Shown here: in pieces, positions 1-10,872 of the stretch | How positions within the stretch are numbered: position 1 is the first letter of the stretch | Layout of the letters: every line of letters starts with the position of its first letter | Assembly (NCBI RefSeq): GCF_018977255.1 | Contig: NW_024704742.1 | Location: forward strand, 32,242,001-32,306,000 | From: Callorhinchus milii | Lineage: Eukaryota | Direction of reading: 5' to 3' | Length of the DNA: 64,000 nt | The notes under the pieces: generated by a model | The model's database searches: none | What the model was told of the DNA's origin: nothing | What the model saw: the letters and a program-made list of their open reading frames with translations, nothing else | Translations under genes and position numbers: made by a program

Positions 1-2049
1 CTGGATTTTACTGATCTCTAATGTTTGTATTTTGCCATGTAAATTCATTCAAACTGGAGCCAACTTTTCAAATCCAGCTTAACGGGATTCAGTAATTTTT
101 GTTGTCAATTTAATCACAGAATATATAATCATTTCTAAGCAGTGACAGTATTAAAAATCCTTGCATTTAATATTGAACCTTATCACATTGAAATGGCTCA
201 AAGTGAGAAGCACAGACTAAGGTTTCTGTAAATTTCTGCGACTATTTGTAGACAAATGTGTCAGCCAATTTGCACACAGCAAAATACCCCCAATCTGCCA
301 CAAAGTCAATCTGGAGGATAAGATTGATAAAACACCAGGAGAAACTACTTTCTGTTTCGAATAGTGTCATGCAATTATCAACATCCACCTGAACAGGCAA
401 GCAGGGCCTCTGTTTAATGTCTCACCCAAAAGATGACACTGGTTGTCAGGAATCGATCGCTCTGTCAAAGTGCACCAAGACCTCGAAACAGAGGTGTAGC
501 TGTCAATTATATGACGCAGCCTGGACTTTGTCATTCCATATCTATTTCGAGGTGTGCTTGGAAGAATATTAATTTGATAAACCTGAACAATTGAAGATTT
601 TTTTTCCCACTATATATCAGCAGTGGATCTATGACCTTTAGTCAATATCCTGACAATGCAGCCTGCATTGCCCTTGACATGAGGCCAGGGCTGAAACAGC
701 TGATTGTCCTGTGCTAATTCCTTGCAGAATGTCAATACTGTATTTACTGTAGTTATTTTGAAGCATAAAATCATCATCAGGTCACAAGCACGCTGCTGTT
801 AATAAGACAAATGGACAATGTGGCTCGATATATAATTACATTTCCATGTATTACTCTGAGCTGGTTTTGTAATACGCAAACCACTGTTAATGAGGTAGGG
901 CTACAGTAAGGTTTCTTGCTCTTGCAACCTCATTTACCACCTCCTGATTTTTAAAGTAAAACAAGAAAAAATTAGAAATGATCTTGCTCATACGATATAT
1001 TCCATTCTATCTGGCATGTTTTCCACATTGCTAAAGTTATGTCTAAAAAGCATCTAAAACCACATTGAATTACATGGTAACTGTAAACTTGAAGCATTCA
1101 CTTTGTCCAATTTCTTGGAGGAGAAAAGACTTGTAGCCTTCTCTGCCACTGCATCCAGAATCAGGCCCCACCTCTCTCCCCATGAATCATTGAGGTACAA
1201 CAGCAAATGCCTCAGAGTTTGATGACCCTCACATTTAAAATGATTATTTCTAGTCAGTCTGTGCAGTGCAGCCAGTATCACAGGGTGAACTGGAAATACA
1301 AGTCACTGCTTATTTGGTTAGATTGTGAACTGTGCACTGTGATAACTAACTTATGGACAGATTGGTATCAGACCACTGCAATCACCGGGGCAATTTTTTT
1401 AAAAAATATTCTTTAACCTACTGAACTTCAGTTTTCTTTTGAAGTTCTTTAATCCTGAAACTGAAAGAAATATTTTGTTGGTTGTTGCTTTACCTATCCA
1501 GAATAAGTCAAAAAGTTCTAATCTGCATGAGGTGAGCAAATATGGTTTGGATGAACCAAATGCATTGTGTGACCAAGTTGAAAAGTGCTTTTCTCTTGCG
1601 AGCTGGAGCTTGAGTAGCATGGAAGCCCCTCCTCACAGAAAGCGAAAGGGATCAAACTCGCACACATTAATGCAAAGTCAAGTAATCATATCTTAAGACA
1701 AGAAGTAAAGCAAGGTCAGTATGATGCTCCTTTTTCCTTCGCCCCCTTTCGAGCCCCCAGAGAACTTCCTTTCTGTTATCTAAACTAACACAATATTAGA
1801 ATGAATGATCCCCTGATTTTCTTTTCACTCCCTGTGTTACATAAATAAATGCACCGAACATTACCTTCCAAAACTTTGGAGGTTAAACTCCTAAAGAATA
1901 ACTTTGAAGTACAAAGGTGAAATGTGGAAATCAGAATTCCTAGCAAGTCACTGCACTGGGGCGGGTGACACCAGTAGTTGTGCTTAGTCACAAAGAAACA
2001 CACAAAAAGAGGTGATATCTGGGAGTGACTGGAAGGTACTGACTCATTC

Positions 2050-3470
2050 CCCCACCCTCTTGAACAAGCACAGGTTCACAATAAAACAAAGGTCCACAGA
2101 TATTGCTGGCCTCCCAGGTCTTGCTCAAATGGTCAGATTTGAGCCAAGATCACACACTCTGGAAAACAATGTAATTGTTGTGGTGAAGGGAGGGGTCACC
2201 ACAGTCGAGTCAATTGACTTTACCCAACACGTAGCTGCTACAAGCCTTGGCTGATGCACGAACAGAGCAAAGTTCTCTCCACCAGCTTTCTCCTTTCTGG
2301 TTCCAAGCTCCTAAGAAACCGTTGGAGTCACTTTCTGTAACCCATGTGCGAAGTCAAGGATCAAGCAGTGAGGTAGATTTGTGGTAAACAACGGAAGCAA
2401 CTGTAGAAAGTTAGGGCTCCAGTCTGCACTCGTCTGTTGCTGAGCACTCTGAAGGTGGAATCAGCTAGACAGTCGGGCAGTCTATTTGCCAAAGCCGCTC
2501 ACATGAGGAACCTGGATGGATTAAGCAGCTAGTGCTGATAAGCAGCATTGGACTTGGACCTCCATGAACATTAGGGTGGCTGGCATATCACTAGCTGTCC
2601 TGTGTAGGTTTCTCCCCTCCACCCTGAAGGCTGATGTCCCTCAGATAACTGATAAGGAAGCTCCGAGTCTTGGAACAACAGTTCTTGGAAGGTTTTAACT
2701 GGAGTCTAAGTCTGTGAATACACACTCATATCTAGGGTTTAGAATCCACCTTGATTGGTTTGCAGAGAGGTACATTGCTGCTCAAGCTCTGCACATCCAA
2801 CTAGTGAAACCATGATTCAATGGAAAGGGATCTATGGCTGAGCTGTTGGCAGGAAGATGGTAACAATGCTCTCATGCATTTCATGCTGAGCTCTGTTTCC
2901 CACCAGGAAGGTCACAGGAAGTTTCTGGTACCATCTACTTTGAGGGCTCAAACCCACGCTTGTCAGATGTTAAATGACCAACTAGTGATGACTCCTGGAG
3001 TGCCAAGAGGGTTTCGAGCTGAACTGGGTCCAAGCTGACCTCTTGGAGCCAGACAAGAACTCTAGTCTAGTTTCTGAGCCAGGCGTAGCCCACTGTCATC
3101 AGCTGGGCTTGGAGGGCCACATCAATCACTGCAGAACAGCTCCTATTAACCCCGCAGACCAAGGATTAGGAAAGATTGCTAGACAGTGCTTTCGATGGCA
3201 AGTTTTGCGTTGTAGCTGTATTGCTGTTAAATTCCAGCAGCCCCCCAAAGCACAGTCTGAGGTCCCCAATCCTTGGCTCTTGCCAACCTCTGCCTAATAC
3301 TGTCTGGAATTAGATAAACAGGATGTGTCCCTCCGGAAGGACAGTGTATTCCATTCCAAAACAGGAGAATTTCTATGTGTAGATCTCACGCATAGAAATA
3401 TTTGGTTTGGATATGTTTAAGCATGATGATGAGATTCTACACGTGTTCACACAACCAACTAATGAAAAAA
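2050..3470 (+). mobile_element. Ancient, unclassified LINE-like repeat
   Basis: Diverged copies at ~6210-6630 (-), 38400-38980, 55510-55790 and 58020-58190; shared end catgtgtcagacacccggctga plus A-tract; VNTHSYLG resembles an RT thumb motif. Confidence 0.5.
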
Positions 3471-6400
3471 ATCTACCAATAATGTGGCTCTGAAGAGCAT
3501 CTCCAGCTGGATATTGGCCTATATTACAAGTTCTCTGAACAAGATTAGCAATTTAGTGCCCGCTTGTTCTTATGACAAGTTTTGAAATGTGGACTCCCAT
3601 CTACTTAGACCTAAGTGAAACCCACCCACACTCATTGTAATACAAAGTAAACAGCTGTGGCTTTGTAAAACTGTTTTCAAAAATATCACACATCATAACT
3701 TTCAATTCTGGATTACATTGCAAACTTGCATTACATTTTTTCCAGTGACACAAATCTGAATCGAAGCCTCCCAAGTCCTCACCGTCAGTCCTGAAGCAGC
3801 TCTAAAGCATAAAAAAGGACAAATTTTACATAACGCAATCTTTACCATTCTTTTATCAGAGCAGTTTTAGTGAACTTTGCACAAGCATACAAAACGTTAG
3901 CATTTTGTTATCAAACCAAATACTGATTTGATGCTTTGTGAAAGAGAACTTCATCAAGGTCATTGGCCTCACAGGCTCAATGGTCATTCACCCTCGGACT
4001 CACAATGGCAAATGAGAAGTAATGATATTAAACAGCCTGCGATATGTTAAGCTACACAAAAATTGAATGCTCTTCTCTGGTGAAAAAATAAGTAAATGTT
4101 GCTGCCTACATTTTGGAGAACAGCAAACGCTCCAAAACTTACAAGACATGGATTCATTCATCATTATCAACCTTTAGAATCCCAACATGTCACACTTCAT
4201 AACACGTTAATACCTCTCTCCACAAAATATCTGCCCCAACTGGCATTCTTTGTTTGCACGCCTAAATGGTGATTCAAGAGGAGACTGTGGGACTGGGTAT
4301 CAAAGCTATGCCCAATCCTGTCCTCACACAATGTCCATAAGGGCTTTGCGCTAGGGGTCACCAGATATTGAACCAAGTGAAAAGCATGTTATTTTTTTAT
4401 CCCTCTCTCTGCCACTTAACTTGGAAACAAATCACGACATCTGGCTCTGTGAACCAATTCATGCTCACACACAGCAGAATGACCTTACAGCATCCATTAC
4501 ATTGTCAAGTTTCCTTTGATTTGTAAAGTGTTCTGGGACGCTACACCGTATGAAAGGTGCTATGTAAATGCAAGTTGTTGTTGTAACCAGGTATGTCTGT
4601 GCTTCTCCAAAGCTAGTGACATGTTTAACATTAGCAAAGTATAAATAAATAATCATTGCACTTGATATAGCTTCTTACCACGTCATTCAGACATCTCAAA
4701 ATGCTTCACACAAGCTTTTGTGTATATTTTCCCTGCTTCTCTGTCAAAGGCCTACTGTAAAGTGAATTGACTGTATATTTTGTTGGAGAAACATGGCAGC
4801 CAATTGCACACAGCAATGTCCTACAAACAGTCATGGAATGAGTGCCCAAATTTATTTGGGAGATTTATTGGCTAGGACACCGGGCTCTGTGAACCAACCT
4901 GCCCCCTTCACGTTCCCCACCCTCTGGAACTCCATCCCGCAATCCTCCGCCTCGCTCCCTCCCTTGCCTCCTTCAAGACTCGTCTTAAGACTCTCCTTTT
5001 TGACTATGGTCACCCTCCTTCCCCCCTGAAAAGTGCTATACAAATGTAATCTTGTTGTTGTTTTCAAACAATGCAAGGGACCTTTAATGTCCATCTGAAC
5101 AGGCAGACGGACCTTGGTTTAACTTACCATCCGAAGGACAGAACCTCTGACAATGCAATACAACCCCAGACCTGCGTAAACTTGCCTTTCTTAACACCAC
5201 CCTGAACATGTACTATCTTGTCATGCTGGCTTAGCGTTACCTGAAACCATTATAAGGTTTGCTTTCTCTATCATATTTACCATCTATGCCTTGCATAATG
5301 TTTCTTCTAAGATTTATTTGAAGATTAAAGAGCAAATTTAACTATCTTATAATGAGTCTGCAAAAATGTAATTTACGTGTTGAACAGGATTTATCCCAGC
5401 ACGCAACTCCGAGGTACCCCACCCCCATTGGCGGGGGGGTGCCTTCTGGCACACTACCCCCACTCTCTGGAAATCTATCCCACAGTCCCTCCGTCTTGGC
5501 CCCTCCCTTGCCTCCTTCAAGATCCATCTCAAGACCCTCCTCTTCAACCATGCTTTCAATCACCCTGTTTCCTCCCCTGTCCCCCACGCTCCCCAATGCC
5601 GACTGCTCAGCTCCAGTCTGAAACACCGACTGTCCAGTGGGACGTCCTCCCGACGTGAAAGGTGCTTTACACAAATATACTTATGTTATTGTTCTCGTGA
5701 CCAAACTCCCTTATTAACAGCTTGCAGCTTCTTTCCCTTTGACCAGACACGTGTCCATCTCTCACCCTTGATACCCAATGGCATCATGCTTCACTGTCAA
5801 AGGCCTTTTGGAAGTCTAGCTGCACTACATCAAAGTCCAAGGATGGCCAAACAAGACCTACCATTTCTGAACCCTCATTGGTCATGATTTATTAGGTTAT
5901 TTGCATACCGTTAGTCTTCCATTTTACTTGAAATTATTCCATTAGTTTTCCAATTATTGAGTTTAATCTGAGCTTCAGTTGTATCCACACTAGATTGGAG
6001 AAAGTTAATGCCCATCCAGGACTTGAAGGCCTCCAGCCTACAAGCACGCACAATAATTGGCTGATCAATGAAAGTGAATGTCGTTCTATAGACAAATATT
6101 GACCACTTGAAAACCAGCACTCAAGATCAGGGAGGAGCCAGCTGAATACCTTGTTTGTTAATAAGTCATCTGGTCCTTGCCCTCAACAAAAAAAAATTAC
6201 ATTTACCAAGTTTTTTTGTGGTCAGCCGGGTGTCTGACACATGCGGAAACCCATGCTTAAGAATGTCCAAACCAAACTGAGAATTCCATGCTTCCCACCT
6301 ATACATGGAAATCCCAGAGATAGATTGTAGGAATGGAGATTAGTACTTTCTCCCAGGAGGGACACATCCTGTATACCTAATTCCAGAAGGTATTACGCAC

Positions 6401-7006
6401 AAGTTGGCAAGAGCCAAGCTTGGGGACCCCAGGGTGTGTGTTGGGGTATTGCTGGAGTCTAACCAGCTAAAACTGTATAGCTCGCCATCAATATCGGTCT
6501 GTGTGTGAAGCTGTCTGTGAAGCTTTCCGCTCCTCGTCCAGCTAGGACCACCCAATCCTTTAGGGCTTTGGCTTGCAGGATTAACAGGAGCTGAGTGGGA
6601 TGATTCCCGGCCCCCAGTGACTGGTATTGAAACACTACTACAGGTCTAAAATGACTAAGCACAGGTACTCCTCATGCAGCCCTATGCTTAGTTGAATAAA
6701 ACACGAATATTCACACAACTCTTCAAATCCTGTCTGACTCCAGTATTCCCAACAATATATCCCACGTACAGCAACTACATTACATCTCCAAGCACGTAGA
6801 CACAAGACGCCTAGTATTGAGCAAAATGTTACAAGCAGCAACGTCAGCATGTAAATAATTTAAGGATATGGTAAAACATTCATGGCCAACAACTCTCACA
6901 TGGGGAAAAGTGGTGAAATGGGAGTCAGTCAGTCAGCCAGAGGGTGGGGGTGTGGGGGTTCAGGGTGGTTTTGCCAGTTGTTGAAAGTGGAAATCTTCAT
7001 TCAGAG

Positions 7007-7790
7007 GGAGAGGGACAGATAGAGACAGACAGATACGAGAGACAGAGAGACACAGAGAGACAGACAGACAGAGACACAGAGAGACAGAGTCACAGAGAGA
7101 GAGACACAGAGAGACAGACAGACAAAGAGAGAGATAGCGGGAGTCACAGAGAGAGAAAGAGACACAGAGACATACAAAGAGAGACAGACAGAGTCACAGA
7201 GAGACAGACAGAGAGAGACAGAGACACAGAGAGACAGACAGAGTCACAGAGAGAGAGACACACAGACAGACAGACACAGAGAGACAGACGAGTCACAGAG
7301 AGAGAGACACACAGAAACAGACAGACACAGAGAGACAGACAGAGTCACAGAGAGACAGACAGACAGAGACACAGAGAGACAGACAGACAGAGACACAGAG
7401 AGAGACACACACACAGAGACAGACGGACACAGAGAGACAGACAGAGTCACAGAGAGACAGACAGACAGACACAGAGAGACAGAGTCACAGAGAGACAGAG
7501 AGAGAGACACAGACAGACAGAGACACAGAGAGACAGAGTCACAGAGAGACAGAGAGAGACACAGACAGACAGAGACACAGAGAGACAGAGACACAGACAG
7601 ACAGAGACACAGAGAGACAGAGTCACAGAGAGACAGAGAGAGACACAGACAGACAGAGACAGGGAGAGACAGGGTCACAGAGAGACAGAGAGAGAGAGAC
7701 AGAGTCACAGAGAGATAGAGAGAGAGAGACAGACAGACAGAGTCACAGAGAGACAGAGAGACACACAGACAGACAGACAGGCAGACAGAG
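7007..7790. repeat. Compound (GA/GACA)n microsatellite
   Basis: Directly visible. Confidence 0.95.
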
Positions 7791-8029
7791 GCTGTGCAGC
7801 CAGGCAGCCCTGCAGAGAAAGAGAGAGAGAGAGCAGTAGAGCCGCAGTGAGTGAGTCTCTGCTCCACACATCAGTTAAGTCACTCAACCTGCAAAAAGCC
7901 ACCAGTGTAACCAGCACCAGCACTCTGCAGGTTTTTCTGCTGCTTTTATTTTATTCTCTTCCCTCTTTCCTCTCTCCTTTCCCCCTCTCTCTCTCTATAT
8001 CTTCCTCTTTCTTTCTCCTCGCTCTTTCG

Positions 8030-8676
8030 CACACACACACACACACACACAGATGTGCAACCACCACCACCCCCACAGACACACACAGACACACAGAAAT
8101 GTGCAACCACCATCACCCCCCCACACACACACAGACACACATACACAAATGTGCAACCACCACCACCCCCACAGACACACACACACACACACACACAGAT
8201 GTGCAACCACCACCACCCCCACAGACAGACACACACACAGATGTGCAACCACCACCACCCCCACAGACAGACACAGATGTGCAACCACCCCCACAGACAC
8301 ACACAGATGTGCAACCACCCCCACAGACACACACAGATGTGCAACCACCCCCACAGACACACACACAGATGTGCAACCACCACCACCCCCACAGACACAC
8401 ACACACAGATGTGCAACCACCACCACCCCCACAGACACACACAGATGTGCAACCACCACCACCCCCACAGACACACACAGATGTGCAACCACCCCACAGA
8501 CACACACACAGACACACACAGATGTGCAACCACCCCCACAGACACACACACAGACACACACAGATGTGCAACCACCACCACCCCCACAGACACACACACA
8601 GACACACACAGATGTGCAACCACCACCACCCCCACAGACACACACAGACACACACACACAGACACACACACACACA
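8030..8676. repeat. CA-rich minisatellite (CAGATGTGCAACCACCACCACCCCCACAGACACACA-type)
   Basis: Repeated variable-length units. Confidence 0.95.
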
Positions 8677-8910
8677 GCCCCAAAGCTGACTGTAGTCGTG
8701 GCAGTGGCTGATCTGCTCTGGAAACAACAGGCAGCACACAGCCCGGTCGAGGTGTTTCCAGGGAGAAGGGAAGGGGATTAAATCCCGGAAAAGCAGCTGA
8801 TGGGTTTGCCCCTCACCTCTGGTGAGATGAAATCGCGGAACAATTAATATTTAAGTGGCCGCCGTTTCAGGGAGTTCTTGGCCAAACGCTGAGGGGCAAC
8901 TGGTGCCCTG

Positions 8911-9226
8911 CGCAGGGCAAGGCGAGGCAATGCAGGGCAAGGGCAATGCAGGGCTAAGGGCAAGGCAGGGCAAGGGCAATGCAGGGCAAGGGGAATGCAG
9001 GGCAAGGGCAAAGCAATGCAGGGCAAGGGCAATGCAGGGCAAGGGCAATGCAGGGCAAGGGGAATGCAGGGCAAGGGCAAAGCAATGCAGGGCAAGGGCA
9101 ATGCAGGGCTAAGGGCAAGGCAGGGCAAGGGCAAGGCAGGGCAATGCAGGGCAAGGGGAATGCAGGGCAAGGGCAAAGCAATGCAGGGCAAGGGCAATGC
9201 AGGGCAAGGGCAATGCAGGGCAAGGC
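8911..9226. repeat. (GCAGGGCAAGGGCAAT)n-type tandem repeat
   Basis: Directly visible. Confidence 0.95.
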
Positions 9227-9393
9227 GTGGGGAGGGGGGTGAGGGCTGGGTCTCCAGCCTCAGGTTGCTCTTACCTGGGCTTCTCTCTCTTGAGTGGCAG
9301 CTGCTCTGTGCACCCACAGCAGCTCAAGGCACTTCCCCAACCTCCTCCCTCCTCCAGCGCCCTCTGCCACCCCCACTGTGTCCTGGACAGCCT

Positions 9394-9439
9394 GGCAGGT
9401 CCCTGCAAGGGCCGGTCCCTGCAAGGGCCGGTCCCTGGG
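9394..9439 (+). repeat. Junction tract (GGGCCGGTCCCTGCAA)n, outer end of left arm
   Basis: ggcaggtccctgcaagggccggtccctgcaagggccggtccctggg. Confidence 0.9.
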
Positions 9440-9884
9440 TCGTCTTCCCGACGTGAAAGGCGCTCTATAAATGCAATCTTGTTGTTGTTGTGTTGTTGTT
9501 TTCAGGTGATCCTTTGCTGGGTTACAGTTCTATAGGCACCAGCTACCTTCCTGCATCTCCAGTAGTGCTCATTCTTTATGAGTGAGCCTTGAGAGCGAGA
9601 GTGATTGTTGTCAATCCAGACCAATCTTGTGATAAGGCTGACCCTAAAATTACCTGACATCTTGTGACCATGCTCAGGTTCCAGTAGGGGAAGAGAGTCA
9701 GTCAGAAGCATGAACTCTCCCAAGCCAGGGACTCTGAGACCAGTCATAATAACCCAAAGCAACAACAACAACCTGCATTTACATAGCAGCCTTCACATGG
9801 TATTGCATCTCGGAGTAGTTCTTTTTGAGATCAAACTTGTGACATTCCTGAGATTCTATATTAAATGCACTCTATCAAATGCAA

Positions 9885-10088
9885 TAATAATAATAATAAT
9901 CCTTGCATTTGATATAGCGCTTTTCACGTCGGGAGGACGTCCCAAAGCGCTTCACAGAACACATTGTAAAGTGAATTGACTGGATATTTGTGGGCGAACG
10001 CGGCAGCCAATTGCGCACAGCAATGTCCCACAAACAGTCGTAGATTGAAAATGACCAATTTAATTATTGTTAAATTAAATTATTGCAA
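9885..10088 (-). mobile_element. 5'-truncated SINE present only in the left arm, TSD TGCAA
   Basis: Empty site at ~34985 in the right arm; TGCAA duplicated at 9880-9884 and 10084-10088. Confidence 0.88.
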
Positions 10089-10839
10089 GGTTTAGTGCTA
10101 CGGCAGTTGGTACTTTTACCCAGTGGGCCGTTAGAGCATCATCTGACTTCGGTTTTTAAATACCTGTTTTCCATTCTTAGTCATTTGACTGCCAGCTGCT
10201 CCCGAGATCTCAGTTCAGTCACTATACTTTAAAATAAATCCTGTGAAATGCTTTGTGACACCCTCCCGACATGAAAGGCATGATATCAAATGCAAGGATT
10301 ATTATAATTATTTAAACTGTCAGGAGTAGCTTTATCCCTGTAAAGTAATTACAATAGTTATTTTACTTTCAAAGAATTCTGTATCAAAACTTAAAAACAT
10401 TTCTGTCCTCTATTTATTATTTGTCAGCTGAGCTCAGTTGGTAGCAATCTTGTCTCTGTGTCAGAAAGATGTTGCAACTATTTACAAATATACAGTCATT
10501 ACATTTGACAGCAATTATATGTGAAGTGCTTTGAGATGTTTCAGTGTTCTAACCACTATATCAAATGCAAGAATTATTTGGGCGATTATTTATGGTATGA
10601 AAACATTTCCATCCCTATATATTTTTTACAAGTTCAAATTTGTTATATTTTTAGGACGAGCTAGTTTTAGGAAATAAAGTGGGAACTCTTTCCAGTAACC
10701 AAAGGTACATCTATGATAATCGTAGATATCTGTTGGAACTCTGCTCTAAATTTAGAGTTCCTGGGGTTGGATGATGTACTTCCTGCTTGATATATTGGAT
10801 ATATTTAGAATTAGCTTGATGCTGTGATGGGAGGATGTA

Positions 10840-10872
10840 GGGCAGGTCCCTGCAGCGCAGGTCCCTGCAGGG
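10840..10872 (+). repeat. Junction tract (GGGCAGGTCCCTGCA)2 at TCP1 truncation
   Basis: gggcaggtccctgcagcgcaggtccctgcaggg abuts the exon fragment; mirrored at 34201-34233. Confidence 0.9.

Noticed and set aside
7880..7960. Signal-peptide-like exon on the minus strand (VLVLVTLVAFC, then GTTGAG)
   Set aside because: No ATG and no recognisable downstream exon.
6944..9535. Long ORFs (581 aa and overlapping)
   Set aside because: Translations of micro/minisatellites, open in several frames on both strands.
10760..10790. GLDDV as a remnant of TCP1 exon 8 GIDDM
   Set aside because: Wrong spacing to the retained fragment and followed by a stop; likely chance.
10855..10872. Junction repeat as an SbfI/PstI cloning artefact
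   Set aside because: Most tracts have CCTGCAAGG (not a site), and one unit carries an arm-specific substitution, implying genomic age; still worth checking in raw reads.
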